NCBI GenBank assembly: GCA_028712565.1
Contig: JAQTPW010000001.1
Coordinates: 77,114-141,113 of the forward strand
DNA length: 64,000 nt
Source: Minisyncoccota bacterium
Lineage (GTDB): Bacteria; Patescibacteriota; Minisyncoccia; Minisyncoccales; JAQTPW01
Direction: 5' to 3'
Shown here: piece by piece, positions 27,627-36,794 of the stretch
Numbering within the stretch: the first letter of the stretch is position 1
Layout: each line of letters starts with the position of its first letter
Translations under genes and position numbers: made by a program
The notes under the pieces: generated by a model
Told to the model about the DNA's origin: nothing
Seen by the model: only the letters and a program-made list of their open reading frames with translations
Database searches by the model: none

Positions 27627-28535
27627 TTACAAGTTAATCCAATTTATCAGATTTTGCATCTCTGAAATCCTGCTTTCTTCAGTTTTTGTCCTCAAAATTA
27701 CATTTATGTAGATGTTTTTATTTGCGTCCTGAAAAATATAGAGGATGCAGCCGCTGGCTTTTTGCGTAAAACCGGTTTTTCCGCCGACAAAATTTTGGCC
27801 GGGCTCCAGAACCAAATCAAAAAGCCCGTTTTCAACTGATTTGTTTTCGTGGCCCTTTGCAGTAATTTCAAAAATAGCCGGCTGGTTTTCTAAAATATAT
27901 TTTGCTAATTTTGATAAGTCGCTAGCGCTTGAAAAATTTAAGTCAGTGCCGCTTGTATCAAGGCCGGTTGGATTTATAAATTTTGTGTGGGTTTGACCCA
28001 AACTCAATGCCTTTTGATTCATTTCTGCTACAAACTCATCAGCCCCCATTACTTCAGAAAGAGCAAAAGCCGCATCGTTGCTGGAATAAATCAGCATCAG
28101 GTTTAAAAGCTCTTCCACTGTGTATTCATCACCAGCTTTTAAGTTTCCGAAATTTTGGGTATTTCCCTGATCGGCGGCAGTTTTTGAGACGATTATCGCA
28201 TAAGAAGGATTATAAATGTCAGGGTTATCGAAAACTATCAAAGCCGTCATTAATTTGGTTATTGAAGCAATTGGAAGTGGCAATTTGGCATTTTTTTGGA
28301 AAAGTATATTTTCTTCCTTTTTGCTAATTTGTAATGATAAAGCAGAAACCGCATCAATGTCCAACTCCGGTTTTTGAACCGTTTCAGGAATTTTGACAGG
28401 TGCTAAATTTTCAACAGGAAAGGAAATTTCTGCCAAAAGATAACCTTCAAGATTTTTTTGGAGAAAATTCAGCCCGCCGAAAAATGCCAAACTAATCAGA
28501 AAAGCGGAAAAAAAATATTTAAGATTTTTTGTCAT
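27627..28535 (-). CDS. D-Ala-D-Ala carboxypeptidase (peptidase S11)
   Basis: SITK, SSN, NPTGL and KTGFT motifs; start moved to the ATG at 28535. Confidence 0.9.
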   Translation of the reverse strand: MTKNLKYFFSAFLISLAFFGGLNFLQKNLEGYLLAEISFPVENLAPVKIPETVQKPELDIDAVSALSLQISKKEENILFQKNAKLPLPIASITKLMTALIVFDNPDIYNPSYAIIVSKTAADQGNTQNFGNLKAGDEYTVEELLNLMLIYSSNDAAFALSEVMGADEFVAEMNQKALSLGQTHTKFINPTGLDTSGTDLNFSSASDLSKLAKYILENQPAIFEITAKGHENKSVENGLFDLVLEPGQNFVGGKTGFTQKASGCILYIFQDANKNIYINVILRTKTEESRISEMQNLINWINL

Positions 28536-28554
28536 TCGCTTAATAAACTTGGTT

Positions 28555-29913
28555 TTACTTAGTTTTCTTTTTTGCGTCTTTTGACTTTTCCTTTGGCTGC
28601 AAAACCGAAAGCCGTTCGTCAATTCTTTCCATGTCTCTCGGAAAAATGCTGGCTTCCCGGATATTTTCCAGCCCTAAAATTTGTTTTGTAATTCTTTCCA
28701 GTCCCAAAGCAAACCCTCCTTCGGGCGGCATTCCGTATTTAAATGCCTGCAAATAATATTGAAAGTCCCCTGGATTGTTTCCCCATTTTTTTATATTACT
28801 AACAAGCGTTTCATAATCATTAATTCTTTGCCCGCCGGTGACAATTTCCAGCCCCCGGCATAAAAGATCAAAACTTAACGTATAGTCTTTGTCTTCCGGG
28901 TCAGGATGCGTGTAAAATGGCCGTTTTTTTGTCGGGTAATGAGTAATGAAAATCAGGTCGGAATTATATTTTTCTTTTGCGAAGTCGCAGATTTCTTTTT
29001 CGTCGTCCGGTTCTAAATCAGGCTCTTTTCTATTATCTCTTTTTGTCCTTTCAAATATTTTTTCTTGAGCTTCTCTTATTTTTATTCGCGGGATTTTTTC
29101 GTTTATTTTTGGCAATTCGATTCCAAGTATTTTTAATTCGGCAGAATTTTCTTTTTGAATTTGTGAAAAAATATTTGTAATCACAATTTCGCAGGTATCC
29201 AGTAATTCTTCCCATGAAGAAATGAATCCCATTTCAGCATCCAAGCTTATGTATTCTGAAAGATGGCGGGTTGTGACGCTGGGCTCTGCTCGATAGACGC
29301 TAGTAATTGTAAATACTCTTTCAAAAACTCCCACCATAATCTGCTTATAAAGCTGGGGGCTTTGGGCAAGATACGCATCGTAATTGTAATAATCAATATG
29401 AAAAACTGCCGCTCCCCCTTCGGCATTTGCCGGAACTATTGTCGGGCTTTTAAATTCGGTAAATCCCAGATCTTTTAAAGTTTTTTGGAAAGTTTCCAGA
29501 ATTGTTTCTTGAATTTTAAAAATAGCTCGGATTTTTTCATTTCTTAAAGTCAAAGGCCTGAAGTCCAAAAGAGTTGGCAAAGTTAATTTTAGGTCTTTAA
29601 TTTCAAAAGGAAGAGTTTGCGCTTTTGCCAAAATTTTTACTTTCTCGGCGCTTACCTCCACTTTTCCAGTTTCAAGGTTGGGATTTACCATATTTGCCGG
29701 CCTTTCCTGAACATTTCCTTCAACTTCCAAAACATCTTCGTTATGAATTTCACGAACTAAATCGGGGCTGCAAACAATTTGCAAAATTCCAGACCGGTCT
29801 AATAAATCCAAAAAAACAATTTTCCCGTGGTCTCTCCGGGTATCCACCCAGCCGGAAACTTTTACTGGCTTTCCGATAAAATTTGGAGTTCTGTTGTTTA
29901 ATATTCTTTCCAT
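28555..29913 (-). CDS. aspS: Aspartate--tRNA(Asp/Asn) ligase, short non-discriminating type
   Basis: RDHG, AEGGA, LAQSPQLYKQ, YRAE, GLER and FPRD motifs; lacks the GAD insertion. Confidence 0.92.
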   Translation of the reverse strand: MERILNNRTPNFIGKPVKVSGWVDTRRDHGKIVFLDLLDRSGILQIVCSPDLVREIHNEDVLEVEGNVQERPANMVNPNLETGKVEVSAEKVKILAKAQTLPFEIKDLKLTLPTLLDFRPLTLRNEKIRAIFKIQETILETFQKTLKDLGFTEFKSPTIVPANAEGGAAVFHIDYYNYDAYLAQSPQLYKQIMVGVFERVFTITSVYRAEPSVTTRHLSEYISLDAEMGFISSWEELLDTCEIVITNIFSQIQKENSAELKILGIELPKINEKIPRIKIREAQEKIFERTKRDNRKEPDLEPDDEKEICDFAKEKYNSDLIFITHYPTKKRPFYTHPDPEDKDYTLSFDLLCRGLEIVTGGQRINDYETLVSNIKKWGNNPGDFQYYLQAFKYGMPPEGGFALGLERITKQILGLENIREASIFPRDMERIDERLSVLQPKEKSKDAKKKTK

Positions 29914-29942
29914 AGAATTAATTTAATTATACACAAATTCAC

Positions 29943-30164
29943 CTATTTTAAAAGCTCAATTACCTTGAGTTTTGCGGTAGCTCCGGAAACAATTTTGATA
30001 TTTGCTTGGCTTATGCCAAAATAATCGGCCAAAGTTTTTATAACTGCCCTATTCGCCTTTCCTTTTTCTGGAATTTCATGAACCCAAACATTAAAATTCG
30101 TATCGCTAACTTTCTCAATTTTTTCTTTGCTTGATTTTGTTTTAACTTTTACAAAAATTTTCAT
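29943..30164 (-). CDS. DUF167 (YggU-like) protein
   Basis: VKVK..S, PEKGKAN and IVSG..AKLK motifs. Confidence 0.88.
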   Translation of the reverse strand: MKIFVKVKTKSSKEKIEKVSDTNFNVWVHEIPEKGKANRAVIKTLADYFGISQANIKIVSGATAKLKVIELLK

Positions 30165-30318
30165 AATTTCACTTTACCGTCATTTTTGTTCCTCGGCAAG
30201 TTTTGCAGAAATTTTCCATTTGCCAATTTGTATGCGGAAATATAAAATTAAGTAAATATAAGATTTGCTTTTTCACAAAAAAATACCCGGAAATTCGGAT
30301 AAAAATGGAGGAAAAGAG

Positions 30319-32043
30319 GTGCGAGTAAGGAGATTTGCAAAAATAGGTTCTTATGTATTAATTTCTATCCTAATTATGTTCTTGTTTTCATGTTGCGGAG
30401 GCAAAAAATCATCTTCTGGTCCGAAATTGCCAGTAGGCTTTACTGATTTTAAAATTCCGAAATTGTCTACGGACAGTTTTCTTTATTTTAACCAAGGAAC
30501 AATGGTTCGAATTGAAAGAGATCCCATCTTTTCTTACGAAGGAAATATTGACCAAGTAGCTTTTTGCTTAACTGCCGAAAAAGGCAACGAAAATCTTTTT
30601 GTAAAAACTAATGGCGGTATTTGGCAAGATCTTCAAAATCCAAATGATCCATCTGGTGTAAGCGGTGAAGTTTCAGTACAAGAAGGATGTCCCGAAGCTT
30701 GGAAATTAATAAACAATCTTCCGGCAATTCCGCCCGAAAAAATGCTTGGCATAGGATATTTTAACTTCAGCGATAATTTGATGAATTGGTATGCGAAAAT
30801 TACCCAAGGCGATCAAACTCTGGCAGAGCTTAAAACTCAGCTCGGGAGATTAACCATAAATCAAGTTGCGATAGGTTTGTATTCGCAAGACAATTTAAGA
30901 GCTATTGATTTAAAAGTTATGAGCGGTGCTGGTTTTTCAGTTTTGGCAGTAGGAAAACCATCGTCTTTTCTTGGCCAAGTTGCTTCAAAATTTCTTTCTT
31001 CTGCTGGCTTTGAAAAAGATTATATCGGAGGAACCGAGATTTATTTGACGACAACGGGCGACTTTAAAATCGCGATAACCAATACAGATGGCTTAGTCTA
31101 TGCTTCGGCTGCCGTAGATGTAAATGTTGCAAAAAATCTTCTTGGAAGCGTAATAAATCAACCAGAATTGACTTCGGCAATTTCTGCATCGGGCAGCATA
31201 TCGCAGCAAATCGCTGAAAAATTCGCCCCGATAATTTACCTACATCCTGATGAAAATTATGAGCCAAAAAGCGTCAATATTATTATCGATAACGCCGTGT
31301 TGAAAGATAAAAAAACTAAGACTTTAATTCTGCTAAACCACAGGCTGACTGCCAGCGATCTATACGACTTGCCAAATTCTAGCAATCTTTATTTGGACAT
31401 ACCGGATTTTGACATTGCTAATTCGCAAAGCGCTTCATACTTACAGAAATATGCAGGCATTAAAAATAATTATCCCACAACTGTTTACGCTCGCGTCTTT
31501 GTATATCAGGGCAAAACAGTTATCCAATACTGGCTTTTCTATTTTTTCAATGATGGATCACTTAATAAGCACGAAGGCGATTGGGAATACGTTCAACTGG
31601 TTTTTAACGGAAGCGATTTAAATCGAATATTAAATTCCACATTCCCTGAATTTGCCGTTTACTCACAACATTTTTCTTGGGAGGCAAAATACTGGAGAGA
31701 AGTAGCTGCGGTGAGTGCTCATCCGCTCGTATATGTTGCAAGGGGTTCACATGCAAATTATTTCTCTGCCGGCGAAAATACGAATGTTGCTTTTATCGAT
31801 TATACTAGTTTTGGCGGTGAAATAATTTTTCCGCAGATGAAAACAAGAAAAGAAGGCCTGAAAAATTACGAATTGATTCTTCTTCCCGACCTTAATGATC
31901 CGCAAAAGGTTCAAAAGGAACAACCCTGGATAAGTTTCCAAGGCAATTGGGGCGAATGGGTAAGCAATGCAAATTTTGACATCAATGGGCCGGATAGTCC
32001 AAGTAAACGAGACCTATGGACTATTCCAAAAATTAACAAATAA
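30319..32043 (+). CDS. Lipoprotein with a C-terminal Vps62/DUF946-like domain
   Basis: GTG start after GGAGG; lipobox-like LFSCC; FAPIIYLH, QYWLFY, HEGDWE, YSQH, GSHANY and GNWG motifs. Confidence 0.75.
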   Translation: MRVRRFAKIGSYVLISILIMFLFSCCGGKKSSSGPKLPVGFTDFKIPKLSTDSFLYFNQGTMVRIERDPIFSYEGNIDQVAFCLTAEKGNENLFVKTNGGIWQDLQNPNDPSGVSGEVSVQEGCPEAWKLINNLPAIPPEKMLGIGYFNFSDNLMNWYAKITQGDQTLAELKTQLGRLTINQVAIGLYSQDNLRAIDLKVMSGAGFSVLAVGKPSSFLGQVASKFLSSAGFEKDYIGGTEIYLTTTGDFKIAITNTDGLVYASAAVDVNVAKNLLGSVINQPELTSAISASGSISQQIAEKFAPIIYLHPDENYEPKSVNIIIDNAVLKDKKTKTLILLNHRLTASDLYDLPNSSNLYLDIPDFDIANSQSASYLQKYAGIKNNYPTTVYARVFVYQGKTVIQYWLFYFFNDGSLNKHEGDWEYVQLVFNGSDLNRILNSTFPEFAVYSQHFSWEAKYWREVAAVSAHPLVYVARGSHANYFSAGENTNVAFIDYTSFGGEIIFPQMKTRKEGLKNYELILLPDLNDPQKVQKEQPWISFQGNWGEWVSNANFDINGPDSPSKRDLWTIPKINK

Positions 32044-32046
32044 TTT

Positions 32047-32072
32047 AAAGGGACGCTTTTTTGCGTCCCTTT
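32047..32072. terminator. Bidirectional intrinsic terminator
   Basis: AAAGGGACGC-TTTTTT-GCGTCCCTTT. Confidence 0.8.
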
Positions 32073-32098
32073 ATTATAATTTTTTTAAATAATTTTCA

Positions 32099-32425
32099 TT
32101 AGGTTAATAAAAATGGAAGAATAATAAAAAAATAGATAATAGCGAAATAAATGGAAAAAAGAAAAATGAAAATAAAAATTAGAAGTATTCTTAAGGGTTG
32201 ATCGGAAATAGATTTATGAAATTTTGTCAATGATAATGAAAAAAGTTTACTAATCAATGCAAAAGGAATGAAAGGTATAAATGCAAGATATATTGGATAT
32301 GGCCAAAACTCACAGCCATGCGAGCTAAAAAAACAAAAGTAAATGCCGAAGAGTTCGATTATGGCAATTCCGATTAAGGCGCCCCATAGCCAAGGTTTTC
32401 CTTTTAACCAATTTAAAAATTTCAT
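32099..32425 (-). CDS. Hypothetical membrane protein
   Basis: Three hydrophobic segments; starts immediately after the receiver gene. Confidence 0.6.
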   Translation of the reverse strand: MKFLNWLKGKPWLWGALIGIAIIELFGIYFCFFSSHGCEFWPYPIYLAFIPFIPFALISKLFSLSLTKFHKSISDQPLRILLIFIFIFLFSIYFAIIYFFIILPFLLT

Positions 32426-32426
32426 T

Positions 32427-32792
32427 TTACTTTAGACATTTTTTTACTTTTTCTACCATTTCGTTTGGAGTATAATTGGTTTTAATCAGATAATCTATAA
32501 TCCCTAAACTAAATGCTTGTTTCTTTGTTGTGGGGTCGTCATAATTTGAAAACGCCAGAACCGGAATTGAGGCAATTTTCGGATCTTCGCGCAATTTTTG
32601 CAAAAAGAAAATCCCATTTTCTTTTGGGAGCAGAATATCTAGAATTATCAAATCCGGCCTTTCCCTTTTTGCCAATTCCAAACCCAATTCAGCCTCAATG
32701 GCGGTTATTATTTTTAATCCGGCTTGCGATAATTTTTCGGTATACATTCTTGCCAGCAATCCTTCATCTTCAACAAGTAAAACTTTTTTCAT
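32427..32792 (-). CDS. Single-domain response regulator (receiver)
   Basis: VLLVEDE, DLIILDILLP, G, S and YLIK motifs. Confidence 0.92.
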   Translation of the reverse strand: MKKVLLVEDEGLLARMYTEKLSQAGLKIITAIEAELGLELAKRERPDLIILDILLPKENGIFFLQKLREDPKIASIPVLAFSNYDDPTTKKQAFSLGIIDYLIKTNYTPNEMVEKVKKCLK

Positions 32793-32858
32793 AAAATTAT
32801 AAATGCTTTCACTATGTTATATATTAAGCCATATTTTAGAACTCATCAACTTTTTAAA

Positions 32859-33302
32859 TTACTCTCCCAATATATGAATTTGAACTTTGCGGGGCCTTGG
32901 ATGGTCAAGCTCAATAAAAAGGATTCTTTGCCAGATTCCCAGCTGAACCTCGTTATTTATAAGGTTTATTGTTACATTTGGAGTTAAATAAATCGCTTGG
33001 CAATGAGAATGTCCGTTTGCGCATTCCCCCTCGCACATATTAACAGTCCTAATCTTAAAATCATTATGCTTGTAATAACTTTCTTTTGGGGCAATTTTTT
33101 TTAAATTTTCTTTCATATCCTCTATCAATAAGGGCTCATTTTCATTAAGTATTACGGCGGCAGTTGTATGCAAACTTTGGACATTGATTATGCCGTTTTT
33201 AATCCCAGTATTTTTAGCAAAATCTTTAACCGCATCGGTTATATCATTAAATTCAAGCTCGGATTTAGTTTGGTATTCAAGTATTTTGTGGAATGATTTC
33301 AT
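32859..33302 (-). CDS. yjbQ: YjbQ family (secondary thiamine-phosphate synthase) protein
   Basis: DIT, HTTAA..NENE, NGHSH and LGIWQ motifs. Confidence 0.9.
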   Translation of the reverse strand: MKSFHKILEYQTKSELEFNDITDAVKDFAKNTGIKNGIINVQSLHTTAAVILNENEPLLIEDMKENLKKIAPKESYYKHNDFKIRTVNMCEGECANGHSHCQAIYLTPNVTINLINNEVQLGIWQRILFIELDHPRPRKVQIHILGE

Positions 33303-33307
33303 TTTAT

Positions 33308-33742
33308 TTATTTTTCAATTTGGCTTACCCAAAACAATTTTCCGTCATTTAACCATTTTAAAACAGCTTTTTTCAAAGATAAAGGGCGAACATCCGTTTT
33401 CGCCAGATCGTTTTTGCCAAAAAAGAAAAATTGAAGATGTTTTTCTTTGCTTTTTGCCGCAATATTTCCATTTATAAGCTGGAAAACTAAATTTATTTCG
33501 TGATGCCATTTATTAAAACTTTTGAAAATTTGTTCAGAGGTGCCGATAAAACTGCAATTTTTAACCGAAACCCCTAATTCTTCTTTGATTTCCCGGATTA
33601 AAGCTTCTTTTGCGCATTCCCCAAAATCAACATGTCCTCCCGGAAAAAAATAATTTTGATTTCCGATTTTTTTGCAAACCAAAATCTTTTCTTTGTGCAA
33701 GATAACTGCCCTGGCTAAAATTTCTATTTCATTTTTAGACAT
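33308..33742 (-). CDS. NUDIX hydrolase
   Basis: PGGHVDFGE....ALIREIKEELG. Confidence 0.9.
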   Translation of the reverse strand: MSKNEIEILARAVILHKEKILVCKKIGNQNYFFPGGHVDFGECAKEALIREIKEELGVSVKNCSFIGTSEQIFKSFNKWHHEINLVFQLINGNIAAKSKEKHLQFFFFGKNDLAKTDVRPLSLKKAVLKWLNDGKLFWVSQIEK

Positions 33743-33774
33743 TATTTTATAGATACAACAACATTACAATTTCA

Positions 33775-35193
33775 TCAAGGTTTTTCTTTAAGCCTTGCGC
33801 TTAAATTGTAGATGTTTCCGGCGCCCATTAAGATTACCACTTCTTTGCCTTTTAGGTTAGTGTTTAAATAATCAATAATTTTATCTTTCGGCAAATATAT
33901 TGTATTTTTGCGTCCGATTGTTTTCACTAATTTTTCGGAAGAAACTTTTTTGCTGACTTCGGGCGTTTCCCGGCCGGCTACATCAAAAATATCGGTAATA
34001 ATAAGTTTATCCACCGGAGCGTCTTTGAAAACTTTCACAAAATCTTTGAATAAATAATATGTTCTTTGATATTGGTGCGGCTGGTAAATGCACCAGATTT
34101 TTCCCTTTGGATATTTTTCCCGCGCCGCTTTTAAAGTGACTCTTACTTTTGTCGGGTGATGCGCATAATCATTTATAAGCGTTATCTGTTTTTTGTTTAC
34201 TGTTATCTTACTTATATCAAACCTTCGCCACGCGCCCTTGTATTCAGAAAGCGCTTTGAAAGAAATTTTATCAGGGATTTTCAGAATTCTCGCCACCGCC
34301 AAGGCCGACAGCGCATCCATAATATTGTGATCCCCGGGAATTTTCATTATTTTTCGCAATCTCTTTACGTCTTTTGCCTGCGAAAATCCGTATTTATTAA
34401 TTCTTGATTTGTTAATTGTTAATTGGTCATTGTTAATTATTCGTTTTATGTTTTTATCGTCGCCATTAATTACCAAATATCCATCTTTTGGCAAATGGCT
34501 AATGTATTTTTTAAAAGTTTTGAGTATATTATTTAAATTTTTGTAATAGTCCAGATGGTCAGCTTCAATGTTTGTCAAAACTAAAATTTTCGGCCAATAA
34601 TTCAAAAAGGACGCAAAGTGCTCGTCGGCCTCGATGACGAGGTAGCTGGTATCTGGTATCTGGTTGCTGGTTGCTGGTTGCGAGTTGCTGGTAACGACTT
34701 TTCCGCCCATACGGAAGTTGCTGTCGCCGAATTCTCTGATTTTCGTGCCGACAATGACAGTTGGATCAAGGCCGGCTTTTTCTAACAGAATTCCAAGCAT
34801 TGCAGTTGTGGTGCTTTTTCCATGAGTGCCAGAAACCGCAATCGTAAAATATTGTTTTGTTAATTCCCCTAGCGCCTGAGGATAACTACAAATTTTCAAT
34901 TTACAATTTTCAATTTTCAATTTTTTAGCTCTGACATATTCAGGATTCGTTGGCCGAACTGCTGGACTATAAATAACTAAATCCACAATATTTGGGACAT
35001 TTTTTGCAGAATGTGGCCCAATATGAATTTTAGCACCAAGCTTTTCTAAATCTTTTGTGATTTCTGAAGATGCCAAATCTGAACCACTGACCGTGTCGCC
35101 TCTTTTTAAGTAATATCTAGCTAATGCCGACACTCCAATTCCGCCAATACCAATAAAATGAACCCCGTTAGAAATTTTCGATAATTTTTTCAT
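33775..35193 (-). CDS. murC: UDP-N-acetylmuramate--L-alanine ligase
   Basis: HFIGIGGIGVS, GTHGKSTTT, EADE, DHLDY, DYAHHP and QPH motifs; the start codon lies inside a MITE. Confidence 0.96.
   Translation of the reverse strand: MKKLSKISNGVHFIGIGGIGVSALARYYLKRGDTVSGSDLASSEITKDLEKLGAKIHIGPHSAKNVPNIVDLVIYSPAVRPTNPEYVRAKKLKIENCKLKICSYPQALGELTKQYFTIAVSGTHGKSTTTAMLGILLEKAGLDPTVIVGTKIREFGDSNFRMGGKVVTSNSQPATSNQIPDTSYLVIEADEHFASFLNYWPKILVLTNIEADHLDYYKNLNNILKTFKKYISHLPKDGYLVINGDDKNIKRIINNDQLTINKSRINKYGFSQAKDVKRLRKIMKIPGDHNIMDALSALAVARILKIPDKISFKALSEYKGAWRRFDISKITVNKKQITLINDYAHHPTKVRVTLKAAREKYPKGKIWCIYQPHQYQRTYYLFKDFVKVFKDAPVDKLIITDIFDVAGRETPEVSKKVSSEKLVKTIGRKNTIYLPKDKIIDYLNTNLKGKEVVILMGAGNIYNLSARLKEKP
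34646..34694. repeat. 7-bp tandem repeat (CTGGTWK)x7 in frame within murC
   Basis: CTGGTAT x2, CTGGTTG x3, CGAGTTG, CTGGTAA; encodes roughly TSNSQPATSNQIPDTS. Confidence 0.85.
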
Positions 35194-35243
35194 AAGAATA
35201 ACCCCAAAGAAAAACCCCTTGATTGTGGGAATTTCTAACGGGA
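35163..35243. mobile_element. MITE-like element (81 bp) in the 5' end of murC
   Basis: Ends CCCCGTTAGAAATT and AATTTCTAACGGGA (13/14 inverted); direct repeat TGAA at 35159-35162 and 35244-35247; removal restores MKIHFIGIGG from the ATG at 35254. Confidence 0.85.
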
Positions 35244-35275
35244 TGAATTTTCATATCTTTAATTTTACCAATTTA

Positions 35276-35304
35276 TTGACGGTTTTTCAATTATTTGCTA
35301 TTCT
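35276..35304 (+). promoter_or_regulatory. sigma70-type promoter
   Basis: TTGACG-17bp-TATTCT with a TG extension, followed by SD AGGAGG. Confidence 0.65.
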
Positions 35305-35333
35305 AGAAGCGGCAAAAATAGAAAGGAGGCACA

Positions 35334-35882
35334 TTGACAATGGCAATTGGAACATCAAAGAAAAAGTCTGATTTTGTAAGCATACGAGAAATGCCACTTT
35401 CAGAGATAATCCGAATTTCCAGTGCAGCCAATTTAGGTCCTAACGCCACTATTTATGATATTGCCAGAGCTATTGGTTTTTCCTCCAAATCCATTGCTGT
35501 TATGAAAGCTGCAGGTGAATCAAGGTATGTTGATCCCCTTATTGATGAAAAGCAAACTTCTTCGGATGATCGTTTGAACGAAACTTTTGGAAAGATTGAA
35601 GAACGCATAATAGATCCCAATCCTGTAGATATTCAAAAAACAGTTGAAGATAACTTCTTAAAAGAAGATGCAATTTCTGCCTTAAGCATTCTAAGCAAAA
35701 GGGACCAAAATATATTGAAGCTGCGTTTCGGATTAGAAGAAGGAAATTGTCCTCATACCTTGGAAGAAATTGGAAATATATTAGGTTTGTCCAGAGAACG
35801 AATTCGTCAACTTCAAGATCGAGCGCTTGAACGGCTTAGAAACAATCCGGACGTAAATAGTAAATTACGCCCGTATTATTAA
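35334..35882 (+). CDS. Truncated sigma70-like protein (regions 3-4 only)
   Basis: L..RDQ.ILKLRFGL...TLEEIG..LGLSRERIRQL...AL.RLR; no region 2. Confidence 0.8.
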   Translation: MTMAIGTSKKKSDFVSIREMPLSEIIRISSAANLGPNATIYDIARAIGFSSKSIAVMKAAGESRYVDPLIDEKQTSSDDRLNETFGKIEERIIDPNPVDIQKTVEDNFLKEDAISALSILSKRDQNILKLRFGLEEGNCPHTLEEIGNILGLSRERIRQLQDRALERLRNNPDVNSKLRPYY

Positions 35883-35998
35883 AATCATAGCGCCACGCAG
35901 TTTTATGCGATGGCGCCTTTATTTTGTTGACTGCCCAATAGTTTTATTCTACGATATTTTAAATGCCAAAAATATTAAAGAAAGGAGGTACTTTAACA

Positions 35999-36715
35999 AT
36001 GAAACAGCGCCGATTAACCCCGAAACGAGATAGAATTTCGCCCGATATAAGCAACTTCGAATATATCAACTCTACGCCAGTTCCGGAGTTAGCTCGAAAA
36101 GCCTTTGCTGCCGGCGTGAAGCCCAATGCACGAGTTGACGAAATTGCTAAAGCAATAGGTCTACCTCCAAGGCTAGTATTTGAAATTAAGCAGGCGTACA
36201 AAACCAGGTATCCGTATTCGCTTGAAACATTAGGTTCGGCGGAAGATTATAAAAACCGTCCTGATGCACATAGTGTTATAGAAGAAATTGAATTGGTCGA
36301 TTTAAATATAGATATTGAAAGTTCAGTTGAAAATAGGTTTTGCGCGAGAGAGATTGATAAGGTTTTAAACATATTGGATCCAAAAGAAAAGAAAATTCTA
36401 CAAATGAGGAAAGGGCTGGGAGATTATCCGTATGCTCAGACATTGGAAGAAGTTGGCGACGTTTTTGGGCAGACCAAAGAGCGGATTCGTCAACTCGAAA
36501 TGAAAGCGCTAGGAAAACTTCGAGCACCGCAGGCAGCGGAAAAACTCGAACCGTATTATTGTCAAATTGATCCGGTTCTTGCTTCTAAAATATTAAAAAT
36601 ATTGAATATTGACAGCTTAAACTCCGAAGGAATTAATACTGATCCTAAAGAAATTGATACAGAAATTAACCAGATTGCAGAGGTAATTGTACGAAGAATT
36701 GTAAACCATACTTAA
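35999..36715 (+). CDS. Truncated sigma70-like protein (regions 3-4 only), paralog of the upstream gene
   Basis: TLEEVG.VFGQTKERIRQLEMKALGKLR; start chosen after AAGGAGGT; candidate promoter TTGACT-17-TACGAT at 35927-35955. Confidence 0.8.
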   Translation: MKQRRLTPKRDRISPDISNFEYINSTPVPELARKAFAAGVKPNARVDEIAKAIGLPPRLVFEIKQAYKTRYPYSLETLGSAEDYKNRPDAHSVIEEIELVDLNIDIESSVENRFCAREIDKVLNILDPKEKKILQMRKGLGDYPYAQTLEEVGDVFGQTKERIRQLEMKALGKLRAPQAAEKLEPYYCQIDPVLASKILKILNIDSLNSEGINTDPKEIDTEINQIAEVIVRRIVNHT

Positions 36716-36794
36716 TTAAGGCGGAGAGAGAAAATCGCAAGTTATCGTGACACAAAATAACGCCATTGTCATTTAAAATTTGTACGATGGCGTT

